In this document: piece by piece, positions 26,431 to 39,830 of the stretch
Layout: every line of letters begins with the position of its first letter
Numbering within the stretch: position 1 is the stretch's first letter
From: Lobosporangium transversale
Taxonomy: Eukaryota
Direction of reading: 5' to 3'
NCBI RefSeq assembly: GCF_002105155.1
Contig: NW_019028989.1
Coordinates: 434,001-498,000, forward strand
DNA: 64,000 nt
The notes under the pieces: generated by a model
The model's input: only the letters and a program-made list of their open reading frames with translations
What the model was told of the DNA's origin: nothing
Database searches by the model: none
Made by a program: the position numbers and the translations under genes

Positions 26431-28081
26431 CCCTCCTAGACCTTGATGCCGATTGCATCTATTACAAAGGCATTTACTGCTGCGGCGATCGGAGAGTTGG
26501 TAGCAGAAGGAAAAATGGATTGGGAAAAGACACCTGTCTCGGCATATCTGCCAGAGTTTCAACTCCAGGACCCAGTCCTCACCTCCGAATTGACTATGAC
26601 CGACTTGTTATCACACCGCACAGTAAGGAGAGAACATTATCTCTACTGAAGAAGAAAAACAAGAAAAACCTAAAGATACGAGGGATGTGATCGAGTGCTC
26701 TAATGTAAAAATGTCTTTGTTGTTTTGCCTCATTGCGAGTTCATCAGAGGATTCCAAATCTTGATATTGCATGGTATAGAACCAAGACACCAAGAAGAGA
26801 GTTGATCAAACGATTGAGGCATATCAAAATGAGCCCAAAATTGAACACGAAGATGAACTATAGCAACATCATGTATGCTGTCGCAGGAGAGGCTGCCGCG
26901 AACGTGAGTGGGATGACTCTGGAGCAATTGGTGGAAACCAAGGTGCTTCAACCACTTGGGTTGACCAACACTGGGTTTGGACAGCTGGAGATGAAGGCCA
27001 AGTCCGATAATTATGCTATGCCTTTCATGGCCGAATCATTTGAGGATGCTCAAAAGGGCAACTTCAAGATGGGATACCTCGATCCAATCTACATGGCGGA
27101 TGCACCTGCTGGAGACATGTACTCCAATGTTTTGGATCTGCTTCAATGGGGTCGGACAATCCTGGACCAAGGTGAGCTTAAAGGTAAGCAGGTCCTGCAC
27201 AAGGAGAATGTCAACGAACTGTTGACTGCAAAAACACTGGCCGATACCACCAGACGCTATCCCGAGTTCTCACCCGTATCTGCATACGGTATGGGCTGGT
27301 TCATTGATTCATACAAGGGCCATATTGTCTACCGTCATAGTAAGTTGAAAAAAAAGAAAAAAAAAAAAAAAAAAAAAAAAAGATTGCATCATTTATCTCT
27401 TGCATGTATTTTTTTTTTTGTTCAAGGGTGCGTCGCCAACATTAAGGAGGTGATATTACCACCCATTATGAAAATCTAGCTGGATCAGCACTTGGGTATG
27501 TTTCCAACTTGGTATTGTTTCCTGACGACGAGCTGGTCATTGCAATCTTTGCCAATGTCAACACGACGATGTTCCAGTCGATTGCTCCCTACTATATAGC
27601 GGATAAGCTCTTGGACCTGCCCGAGACCAAGGCCTGGCTCACAGATGTGGCTGTTGAACAAACCAAAAAACGTTATGAGTGGCTCGCAGAGGACGTCAGA
27701 GGCAAGATTCCAGAACGTCTCAAGAATAGGCCGGGGAGTCATAGGCTGGAGGATTGTATCGGCAAGTACACACATCCGGTGTATGGTGAAGTGTTTATCG
27801 AATTAGAGAGTGGTGATCACGTTGTGAGCAATGTCCAGATTGAAGGGGAGGGAACGAAGGTCGGCACAGCAAAGAGTTTGGTTTTCAAGATGAACGAGTT
27901 CAATGATAAGTTGGAGCATTACCATTATGACTCTTTCCGCGTCCAGCTTCAAGGGTTTGCATTAAGTTTGGGTTTTTTGGTGACATTTAGCACAGGGGCG
28001 GATGGAAAGGTGGATGGGTTCGACATTGTCCTCGCAAAGGAGAAGCAACACTTTTTGAAAGCGGACGAAAAGGCAGCGTAA
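26110..28081 (+). CDS. Beta-lactamase/AmpC-family serine hydrolase with C-terminal DUF3471-like domain
   Basis: Four exons. Motifs VPGVSVAV, IASITK (SxxK), DLLSHRT, YSN, PAGDMYS and HTG (formed across an intron). C-terminal GKYTHPVYG..LEHYHYDSF. Confidence 0.9.
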
Positions 28082-29356
28082 AGGAACAGGCAAAGGAGTA
28101 AAGGAAATAAGCAAAGAAGCAAAGGAAATAAGCAAAGAAGTAGAAGGATGATGGAATACCCCGATTATTGTTGAGAGAAGGAACAGATGTAGAATAGTGA
28201 AGAAAGTGAATAAAATAAAATAAAATAAAATAAAATAAAAGGCCCGACATGTGTAGACTACGAGTCATGTAATATTTATTCCCATGCTTCATGCTCATGC
28301 CTATGCTCATACCAATGCTCATGCCTATGCTCATGCTACATGTTCCTGTGTGATGATAATGTTCCCGTGATGCAATAGAGACGTGAAATGTCTGCCTCTC
28401 AATTGGTCAAGTTTTTGTTCTATTCTTTGAGAACGGAGTCAACGTTTGCCTTGACCATAATAGTATTAGGATAGCTCGTTAGGACAAAGGAAAGAAACAC
28501 ACCAAAAAAGCGAAGAGAAACAAAAACCGTTTTCCCGCCTTTTTTTTTTCTTTTTTATAACTTTCTTAATAGGGAAAAAAAAAGGATAGGATAGATGAAT
28601 GGGGTGATGATTGACATTGGTGTTTGCCTTGTCCCTGTTGGCTCTTTTCCCTCCTTTTTTTTTGTATGCACAGTTGCGTTGTGTACAACAAGCAACCTGT
28701 TCCCTTTTCCTACCCCTATCGACGCACGGAACATTACATTTATTCACATTGCACTTCTGCATCCTCCCCTCTTTCCCTCTTCTCGTGACGCACTTCTCTT
28801 TCACCTTGCAAGAAAAAAAAAAAAAAAAAAAAAAAAAAGAACCACAGACTGATCCTGTTTCCTCCTTTTCACTTTCCCACTTTTTTTTTTTTTTTTTTTT
28901 TTTTCTTCAATTCCTTCTTTTGATATTATACCATTCCTTCTCTCTCTTTCTCTCTCTCCTTCATTCGACAGGCACAACCTCTTCTACTTTCCTCTCTTAC
29001 TTTCTTTTTTCTTTTTTCACTTTCGTTAAAATTAAAAACCTCATCTTACTTCCAAACATTTCTCACGCCTTTTCTTCTTCCTCTCCCCCTTTCCCCCTTC
29101 CTTTTCTTTTCCCCCTTTCCCCTTCTGACCTTCAACCTTCGTTTAAGTCAACATCATCAAAACACATCCTGTAGTTTATATTTAACCCTGGTAGTACCAG
29201 TCAACATCTATAAGAAACAACAGAAATTGTAGCAACGATTCCAACGACCACATAGGAAAAAAAAAAAAAAAAAAAAAAAATCTGTTTCTTTCTTTGTAAA
29301 AAAATATAAAGATTTTGAAAGTGCGGTACAGGAGAGGAGAGGAAGTACGCAGGGCG

Positions 29357-30015
29357 ATGAGTAGAATGGCAACAAGACTCTTGGAACGAGTCTTTGTGAA
29401 GGCCCAGATCCGCTCTGCATGGAATAAACTGCATACGATGACAGAGCATGGTGAACTTGCCTCTGCGCTTGAATCCCTTATTCATCTCACAGAAACAGGT
29501 AGAGTTTTGTTCTTTTTCTTCTTCAAAGGAAATCCATTACAGCATTACACAATATCCATCCTCTGTTGCTTGGCTACACAGACCAATGATTATTACGCAG
29601 TTCCCCCCCAATTCCCTTTCTGCATCATTTCTTTTTTCTTTTTTTTTCTTTATTTTATGACATCCACCTCTTTTTTTTTTTTTTTTTTTTTTCCTTCTTT
29701 CATGCATCTGAATGACCTGTGCGTCAGAAATGTTGGAGTAATGAAAAACAAAACAAAAAGCACGAAGCACCTCCATTGATCAACTAAATATCAAATACCA
29801 AATGCCAAATGTTTAAAAAAAAACAACCATTTCCAAAGCACCGACTCCTTTTCTTTGGCTGTCGGTTCAGGAACGGCGCAACAACAAAAATTGACGACAT
29901 CACCACTAAGAAAACAGAGTAATTGCGTAGCATTTTTTTTTTTTTTTTTTTTTTTTGTTTACTAGGAATTACTTCACCCAAAATATATATAACGTTGATA
30001 ATAATAATAATAATA

Positions 30016-30112
<97 letters not shown>

Positions 30113-32082
30113 ATTGCTGATCTCATTTCATCCACACATTTCATCCACCTTCTCTCCTTTTTTCTTTTACATGTTTCTTTTTCTATTTTCCCCTTTCTTC
30201 TGCATCTTTTATCTCACAAACAAAATGACGATGATAATGATGATGATGACAATGATAAAAAAAAAAAATAAAAAAAAAAAAGTTCCCATATTAACCCGGT
30301 TATTTTTTTATTTTTTATTTTTTAAATAGATTCATCTTACTGTGAGTTGATTGGGGTGATGGTGGATATGATCTCGACAGATAATCTGGGGATTACAGCT
30401 CCATTCCTATGCCACATCATCGACATGGCTGCATTACCCTCACAACAAACCACGAGGAAACTATCACAACAACTTTTATCAAAATGTGATCAAGGCATGT
30501 TCATCTTCATGTTCATCTTCATGTTTCCGTATTTTTTTTTTTTATTTTTATTTTTTATTTTTTATTTTTTTAAAAAGATTTTTGATGATTGATATGGTTT
30601 ATGGTTTATGGTTATGTCATAACATTCAATTACCTCTCAGAACATTCACACACAAATACAAACCATAGTCCCTTGGGCTCATCAATGCGATCATTCTTTT
30701 GTCGATTTTTTTTTTTTTTTGTTTGATTTAGGTGGTGGAATTGTTCGAATCCGTTCAAAAAAGAAGAACAGATCAGCAGCAGCCTTGATCTGGAGCGTCC
30801 TCGCCAATCGACTTGCAGGGGAGAGATGTTCGGTCCTGTTCTCAGATGCGGTTTGTGAATGTCTTTTGAGGAATATCGAGAGTGATCCGGATATGATCTG
30901 TAAAGTCTTCTCAATCATTGCCCTGGAGAAATTCAGTCTCACAGGCCCTTGTAAATCTCGGATCATGCGGACCAACATTCGTAAGCTCTTGCAGACGACC
31001 GCAGCACTATGTTTGCCTTCAACAGCGAGCAACGGTGGTCTGGTAGATCCAGAGGAGTTGTCCGGCATCTTGCAGGCCAAGTTCTGTGCTGCCTGGTCTC
31101 TAAGGAACGTATTCCGGGATATATCAGAGACCAACAAATCCATCGGATCCAACAATCAACACGTTGACACATCCATTCACCCTACTACTACAACTAGTAC
31201 AACTACTACCACTACTACTACCACTACTACTAATCCAAAAGCAGATTCGGGCCATAACATCAATGTGATGCTCAACACCCTGGACGGTACGAGACACTGG
31301 AAGATTTCTGAGGATGGACTGACGATCAGGAACGATGGAACGACTTTTGAATCCATTCGGGCGACAGTGAGTGTTCATCAGGGCAAATGGTTCTATGAGG
31401 TCACACTTGTCACAGCTGGGATCATGCAGCTGGGATGGGCGACAATCCACTGTCATTTCTCACCAGAGGAAGGAACAGGCATTGGTGACGACATTGTAAG
31501 CGTTATTTTTTTTTTATTTGATTTTCCCCCTCTCCTTTCTCTTTCCTTTCTCTCTCTCCTTGCTCTCTCTCCTTGCTCTCTCTTTTCTCTTTTCTCTCTC
31601 TCTCTCTCTCTCTCCTTTCCCTCTCTTTCTCTCATTCTGTAATGTCAATGGATTGGTTGTATTTGGTTGATTGGTTGAAATTGGTTGATATGATTCATTG
31701 GTGGGTCGGATGTTTTATTCATTTATTTATTTGTTTTACTGGTAATTTATTTGTTTTTATTTTTGTTTTTATTTTTTGATTCCACTTAGTTTGGCTTTGC
31801 ATACGATGGATGCAGGAACCTGATTTGGGCAGATGCAAGTTCAGAAACGTATGGCAATTCAGAGCCATGGAAAGCAGGCGATATAGTGGGGGTTTATCTG
31901 GATGTGGACAATGCTATCATGGAAGTCTTTTTGAACGGCAAGGCCCTTGGTCCAGTGACCCCATTGGATATAGATCATTTCAATATCCAGGCCAACTCTG
32001 GATTCTATCCAGCCTTCTCCTGTACTTCTTTCCAACAGGCGACAGTCAACTTTGGTGCTACACCATTCAAGTAAGTCTGGCC

Positions 32083-32113
<31 letters not shown>

Positions 32114-34633
32114 CTCTCTCTCTCTTTACTTCTTCCTCTCTACTCTGATATGGATGAGCTTTTACTGATTTGTACATTTTTTTTGTTACATACAGATACC
32201 CGCCCGCGTTGCCTTGGAGGAATCTGAATGATTATGGCAAAATCTCTCAAGAGACGAGGGAGGCAATTGTGCGGCCCAAGAACGATAGCGTGTACGGACG
32301 AATCCAGGTGGATCCTGTGACGGGGATCCGGTTGCCTTCGATGCCGGAGGATGATGTTGAGATTGACTACAGTTTGCTCTGCACCATCTGCTGCGATCAT
32401 TCTGCAACAGTGACCCTGCAGCCATGTGGCCACGATGGTCTTTGTGTCGAGTGTGCGTATTCATTGGATACATGGTAATACAAACAAACAAACAAAAAAC
32501 CGAAACGAAACCTGAACAAAAAAAAAAAAAAAGAAAAAGAAAAAAAGTTACGAATGTTTTCCATGCTAAACATGATAAATGCTGATGCAACAAAGGACCA
32601 TTTGATCCACTCACTTACTCATTCTTTTTTTTTTTTTTTTTTTTTGTTTCTCTTCTCCTTTTTTTCTTTTTCTTTTCTTTCTCTCTTCTTCCTTTCTCTT
32701 CTTCTTTTCTTCTTATTCTTACTCTTCTTCCTTTTTTCTCCCTCTCCTTTTTTTTTTTTTTTTTATTTTTTTTTATTTTTTTTTAACCACCCCCTTTTTT
32801 TTTTATTATTTGATTTTATTTTATTTATTTATTTATTTATTTTTTTTTCCTTTTGGTCATTCATACGCAAAAACCAGCCCACTTTGTAGATCTCGTATTT
32901 TCCAGCGACAAATGTTCTCAAGTACAGATTCAAAGGATGGTCTAGAATCCGCCAACAGTGCTCTTGGAATCTCTGGAGCCTCAGACGATACATCTGCAAT
33001 TACTGATAGTATTAATAATAACAACAACAACAACAACAATAATAATAATATTAATATTAATAATAATAATAATCGCAACAGTAGCGCCAGCAGCGCCAGC
33101 AATAGCAGTATCAGCAGTAATGCTCAAGGGCTTCCCAATTCGAACAGCTCTACCTCAACATGGTCTGCAGAGTACTGTGGACCACCCAATGCGAACGTAT
33201 CCTCGTCAATAAGCCTTCATCCTACAACACATTCAGATCCTATTACTTCTCGACGCCATCAACTTCATCCAACTTCTGTCTCTGAATCAGCTTCAGCCTC
33301 TGCATCTGCATCTACATCTACAACTACAACTACCTCTGTATCCGCTGCTGCAGCGGCTCTTGTGGCCGCGGCTTCGGCAGCCTTGAGTCAAAGCAACCTG
33401 TCCTCTGAATCCCTATCCTCTCGACTCAGGAATACATCCCTCGCATCCATCACAGCGGCCAATGCCACAGCCGGCACGGGAACAACCACAGGGCCCTCGT
33501 CATCCAGCTCTGCTAGTAGGTTAACAGCGATAGAACAGGATTGTCTGAGCGATCCATTCTCGCCTCCGTCGACGGCCTATTTCACATTCCTGAATCGACC
33601 CCCAAGGAATCAACGGAGTCAATTGCAACATCCATTGGATACAGAGCTACCAACAGGAACAGGGACGGGAGCAGGGAGTGTAGATCCATTGGAGCCATCT
33701 TCGCTTACTCAACGATCTCTTCTGCAACAGTCGGTGCAGCAGGGAGCTCAGCAACAACGGTCTACCAGTCATCCTCATTCACAGTCTTCGTCACGGCCAA
33801 CGTCTGCAAACTCTTCAAACTCACGATCGGGTGTGGGTTTAGGATTGGGCATAGGTATAGGCTCAGGATCGAGATTAGGACTAGGACTGGACTTGGACGT
33901 GAATGGGAACGTGATTGAGACTACAGAGTCGCCGGTCCTCTATAATAGCGAGAGCAATACCGATCTTTATCTCGGCAATGTTGAGCAAAGGGAGGATGAA
34001 CAAGGAAGGGGAGAGGAAGAAGTAGAAGGGAACGAAGGCATTAGGCGACAACAACAACAAGAAGAAGAAGAAGAAGAGGAAGAGGAAGAGGAAGAGGAAG
34101 AAGAAGACTTGGGGAATGAGATGGATGTGGCATTGGTGGAAGAAGGACGTGAGGCTTCAGTTAGTGAAGTGATGGAGCAGAGTGCGCCTGATTTCTTTTC
34201 AGATGGACATCCTATCCATTCCAGAAGAAGTAGTATCCAGATCTTGGCCTCTGTGCCCTCTATGCCCTCGATCATGAGTAATTCGTCCTCAGGACTGGGT
34301 CTGGGTCTGGGTTTGGGACTAAATCCGGTTCCAGAGGGAGTAAACTCAAATGCAAGTAGTGGCAACGCATCATTGGACGCTGCAGCGCTGAGTGCTGCGT
34401 TGAATGATATCGCGACTGTGAGTGAGACAATCGCAGCAGCAGCAGCAGCAGCAGGAGGAGGAGGAGGAGGGGGAGGAGGAGGGGGTGTTGTTGATGCTCA
34501 ACATTATCCAGTTTTCCCAACAGCAGGTCCTCCTCCAGGGATAGGAATAGGAATAGGGATAGGGATAGGACCAGCCAACACTCGATTTGGAAATCGACGC
34601 GCGTCCATGCCTAGTAACCGTTTGGAGATGTAG
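29357..34633 (+). CDS. RSPRY1: RING finger and SPRY domain protein (RSPRY1-like) with long low-complexity tail
   Basis: IALEKFS, FCAAWSL.N.F, SPRY (FESIRAT..GKWFYEVTLVTAGIMQLGWAT..GIGDD|FGFAYDGCRNLIW) and RING (CTICCD..PCGHDGLCVECA..CPLCR). The start codon is uncertain. Confidence 0.88.
29998..30111. repeat. (AAT)n microsatellite in an RSPRY1 intron
   Basis: About 38 AAT units with one AGT interruption. Confidence 0.95.
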
Positions 34634-35208
34634 AGCAATGACATGGATCCTCCATTACCTTGGCTATCATGGCTATCCTGGCTATCGTGGCTATCATTGC
34701 CATCATTGCCATCATTACCATTGTTACCACTATTGTTATTATTATCCTTGCTATTATTACTATTATTATTATTAATATTATTCCTGTAGATTTTGTATTT
34801 TTTTTTCTTTTCTTTTCATGTTCATTGTTACTATAGAAGACAAAAAATAAAAATAAAAATAAAAATAAAAATAAAAAAAAAGAAAAGAAAAGAAAAGAAA
34901 AGAGATTTTTTTTAAAGATTGACAGCAATGTTGTTTATGTTTATTGACATGTCAAACGAAAAGAGGGAGTTGCAATGATCTATGAATAACAAAACAAATA
35001 CTAATACTGTTACAGAAAAAAAAGTGGGGACAATGGAGTGGAGAGGTGAGGAGAAATAATAATACTAATAATAAAAGTAGTAGTAGTAATAGGCCTTGAG
35101 AAAGGAAATAGGGCTTATTATCATTATCACCATTACTCGTTATCATTATTATTATTATTATTATTATTATTGTTATTATTATTGTTTTTCTTTTCTTTTT
35201 TTTTTTTT

Positions 35209-36581
35209 TTACTTGACATAGACTGATTCCATTGATGCTCTGAGTGACTCGAGAGGAAGACCATGGGTGTTGAGTGACCTTGGGTTGATGTTGGATTCAC
35301 AATGCTCACTGCAGCTGGTGCTCTCTGATAATTTTGAGTTGGGCGCAGCTACGGGGGTGAATTCACGAGTTGAGGACAATGTAGTGTTTCCAGTCTCGGT
35401 AAAGGCAGTCTTTTCTACAGGAACAGGGACAGGGACATGAGCAGGAGCAGGAGCATGAGCGAGAACAGGAACAGGAACAGGAACAGGGATGGGTTGTGAA
35501 TGTGGCAGTGTCTGTTGTTGTTGTTGTTGTTGTGGTGGTGGTAGTGGATGGTTAATGTATTGAGCCATATGCAGGTCCTTGCGCTCAAATCCAGACTTTT
35601 GGTAGAAAGGCTCATTCGTTTCAGAGCAGGTCAGGAGTAGCTTGTAGCATCCAATGGCTGTGCCCAGATATCGTAGCTGATCGATAAGTCTATTGATGCA
35701 TGCAAAGAAAAAGAACAATAACAACAACAAAAAAAAAAGAGCGAAAGAGAGAGAAACGGTTATTATACATTTATGGCCTAAAGAGTTGCCATGTTTGTTA
35801 AACAAGGTTGAATGGAGAGAAGAGAGAGAGAGAGAAGAGTAGCAATTGTAGGAATAACGAGTAGTATGAATGGAATGTGTGTGTATGTGTGTGTAATGTG
35901 TGTAAGAGAGAGAGAGAGAGAGAAAGACTTACCGAATACCGAATTTCTTGCCACGCTGAGAGTCGTGCACAACAATGTCCTCAATGTGACCCGCCTATCA
36001 TAATCAATCGTCATAATTAAGTTTTTGGAATTGAGTTTTTAGCACATAAAATATAATATGTATGAATAGTGTGAATAAAATGAATAATGGTCACAAACAA
36101 ATTTTTTTTTTTTTTTTTTTTTTTATGGTATAATGCCCACGGATACATTTTTAAACTCTCGTGAAGAGAGCAAGAGGCGATGAAAGAAAGTTGCACACTC
36201 TCTTTTGTACTTTTCATTGTACTCCTTTTTTTACTTAAATCATTCAGTTGTAATGGTTTGTTTGCTTGTTTGTTTCTTTACCTTGGCACATCCTCGCAAG
36301 AACTTTTGCTCGACGACTAGGGTACCGGTGGCGACGACGCGTGAGGCCTTTTGATCCTCAATGACGACGATATAGTAAACATTCTGGCACCGGAGCATGG
36401 ACTCGAATGTCTGTTGAAACTGTTCCTCAGAGACGGAGCCTACGACTGTTAGGCCGGCTAAGCAGTCAAAGTAACCCTTGTGGTAATCAGCCATTTCAAG
36501 TGGACGGATCAGGTAACCCTCAGGAAGGTGTGCCTGAACAGCAGGGGAGATGAGTGAGGAGGAGAAGAGTTGAGGGCTCAT
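35209..36581 (-). CDS. GNA1: Glucosamine-6-phosphate N-acetyltransferase
   Basis: IRPLEMADYHKGYFDCLAGLTVVG, TGTLVVEQKFLRGCAK|AGHIEDIVVHDSQRGKKFG|..GCYKLLLTCSETNEPFYQKSGF. Confidence 0.93.
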
Positions 36582-37244
36582 TGTTGTATTGTGGATGAAT
36601 GTGTGGATGAATGTGTGAATGGATGTGGTTGAGTGTGGATGGGTTGTTAAGGTGTGAGAGGAGAGGAGAGAAAGAGAAAGAGAAAGAGAAAGAGAAAGAG
36701 AAAGAGAAGGAGAGTGTAAGAAATGAAAGAAATGAAAAGAAATGAAAGAAAGAAAGAAAGAAAGAAAGAAAGAAAAAAGAGAGTTGATGATTGCTAATTG
36801 TCTGGATTGGGTGCCCTTTTATCCTTTTATTGTTTGGTGGATGTAATGAGCGTGGTGTTTGATTGATTGAAAAAGGGCAAAGAAAAAGAGTTTTTAGAAA
36901 TGAAGTTGGATTGAGAGCAGGTCTTTTTTATTTTATTTTATTTTATTTTATTCTCGGGTAGTGTCCCTTTTGGACTTTTTTTTTCAGATTCAAAAGGGTC
37001 ATTGCAATCGATCTCAAAGGAAAAGAGAGGAAAAGGACAAAGATGACCCAATGCTTTAATAATAACAATAGTAAAAAATAAAAAATAAAAACAAAAAATT
37101 ATTTTTCAGTTCTATTCATAGCGTTGTGTGTCTGACCGTCTTTGACCATACCCAGTTACTATTGCTCTAGACAACTATAATAAATTAAACGATCACTCCA
37201 TCACCTGTAGATGTATAATAACTAACATATTATAACTAATAATT

Positions 37245-37427
37245 ATGGCTATGGCTATGGCTATGGCTATGATTATGACTATGACTATGACTATGACTAT
37301 GACTATGACTATGACTATGACTATGACTATGACTATGACTATGACTATGACTATGACTATGATGATGACTATAGTTTTGGCTATGGCTATGGCTATGGCT
37401 ATGACGATGACGATGATTATTATGACT
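37245..37427. repeat. (ATGACT/ATGGCT)n hexamer microsatellite
   Basis: About 30 tandem hexamers in intergenic DNA. Confidence 0.95.
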
Positions 37428-37792
37428 GACTGACAATCTCAAAGAGTACCAGGATGGACCGTGATCAGACCAAGACAAAACTTTTCTTCCTCCTCCCTCT
37501 TTCCTCTTGACACATGTCATGTATGCCCTCCTTCTTAGACTTGGACATCTGTTTAAGCTAGGATTGCACATTAGCTTTTTTTTTAAAACCCCCTTTCTCT
37601 TTCCCCCCACACACACCTCCGTCAATCTTACCCTTGCAGATGCTTTACAACCATAGAACCCATTCATGTTCATTCCCACATGTTCTGAGCGACAATCATA
37701 CAATCATCATTCTAAGGAATGGTCATGGAGAGCTTACTATCACTCGAATGGAAATTGCAAAAAGAAAATTACAGTACATGACCTGAATCTGT

Positions 37793-37827
<35 letters not shown>

Positions 37828-37867
37828 CCCTTTCCTCCTCCTTCCTCTTGTCCTTCTCCTTCCTCCT

Positions 37868-37900
<33 letters not shown>

Positions 37901-38373
37901 CGCAAGTCCGATCAAGCTCATTGTCCCCTGGAACGGGTAACCAGCTTGATCTGTCATGTATATGTAATGCAAACACAGATGTAAATGCCCGCTCCTCTAC
38001 AATGTACAATGTATAAATAAACTTATAAATATTACTGTAAATACTACGTTTTACTTTTTTTACATAAAAAGTAGACCAAGATATGTTGCAAAGTAATCAT
38101 GTGTCGGTAGGGCAAAATAGACATCCTACCGAGGGTTGCTCATTCAATCCCCATGATGGCAAGAGAGCAGATCAACCCATGGAGCCAAACATCGCACAAG
38201 TGGTCCAAAATAAAATTCAAGTTTTACAACTCGTTATTTTAATTAATTGTTATTTTATAAAGTCGCTATTTTATTTTATTAAGTCGTTATTTTTGGCATT
38301 TTGCGCTATGCACAAACCCTTGAGGGGCTGAGCGAAACAAACATTTTTATGATTTTATTGCAAGCAATTGCTC

Positions 38374-38409
<36 letters not shown>

Positions 38410-38554
38410 GCAGCCCATTTTACATGTTCACTGCAGAGTATATTTAGCGCATGTACAATATAATGTAAGCCGCTATGGTCATTAACCTTTTTTTTAATTC
38501 TTTTCATTCATTTAGCCATGCGATGGGCTTACCCCTATCTCTCTCTCTCTCTCT

Positions 38555-38585
<31 letters not shown>

Positions 38586-38763
38586 CAACACTGGATCGCA
38601 TCTTTTGTTTTCATGATCTTTCCTCGCCCTGAGATAGATTATACATTAACCCTTTCGGATCCTGATATCTCATCTGATTCTTTGACTTTAACAAGTGCTA
38701 TATTATCACACACATATATATGTATATCTCATCTTTTTATATATTTCTTTCTTTCTTCTTCTT

Positions 38764-39340
38764 CTATTCTCCTGAAGGACCTGGATTCTCGTCGTTTATA
38801 GTTGAATTGGGTGATGCCCTGATAGAATCATTTGGTTTCTGTACTGACTCTGTTGAGCCTATAGATGTTTGTGCCTTGTCATGAGTTGCATCCTCACCCT
38901 CCAGAGGTTCGGCCTCGAAATTACTGTATGGATTAGGCTGAGACTGAGCTTGAAGCAGCGACATGATGTTGGCTCTCAATTTCTCCGCACGCTCTATGTG
39001 AAAATTCAGTGGAATCCAATGATTAAAGAAAGGTGTAAAAAAAAAAAAAAAAAAAAAAGGTTGTGGGTTAATATAAATATATATAAAATTCTATACATGT
39101 GTATACATAAATGTATTTCTGATGGTCCACTTGAACACCTATTTTGAGAGATGCTTTATGCTTGTTTGCTCCTTCCTCTTCTCTTCTTATTTATGTATAT
39201 ATTTGAAGTTTTTTTTTTTTAAAAAAAGACATACGATCGACAGCATCCAGCGCCAGGTTCGCAGAATCAATATCTTTGAGAATACTCGAAATATCACTTG
39301 GGTCAAAGTCAAGGTCGTCTCCAAACTCGGAATTAGTCAT
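38764..39340 (-). CDS. Small coiled-coil protein (111 aa), bublin/UPF0184-like
   Basis: Exons 39340-39235 and 38993-38764 (GT-AG, 336 nt in frame) give MTNSEFGDDLDFDPSDISSILKDIDSANLALDAVDQRAEKLRANIMSLLQAQSQ. Confidence 0.7.
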
Positions 39341-39402
39341 CCTGATGTGTATTGAGGTAAAAAAGAGAATGAGTCTAAAAACGTGGCCTTGTCAGGGGGC
39401 CC

Positions 39403-39434
<32 letters not shown>

Positions 39435-39653
39435 AGTGGATCACGGGATCACCGTCATCGTAAAAAAAAAAAAAAAAAAAAAAGAGCAATGCCCAACTTA
39501 AAAGGAGAATGTTCTGATCGCATCCATTGCTTCAATTCCTTCTATCTGTTCTACCTAGTAACATTTATACCACTAACGACTTGACAAGACCAGACCAGAC
39601 GAGACAAGACAAGACAAGACAGGGCACATTTCAAAAGTAGAAAGCAAGCAACA

Positions 39654-39782
39654 ATGAGCAGCAATGTACTCGCAACACACGGGAATCAGAGGACAATGAA
39701 CCTCAATTCCATCATCTTTCAAAACATTATTGATTCCCCATATCTGAAGACACTGCAGTACGTCTATATATCCAAAGATACT

Positions 39783-39830
<48 letters not shown>

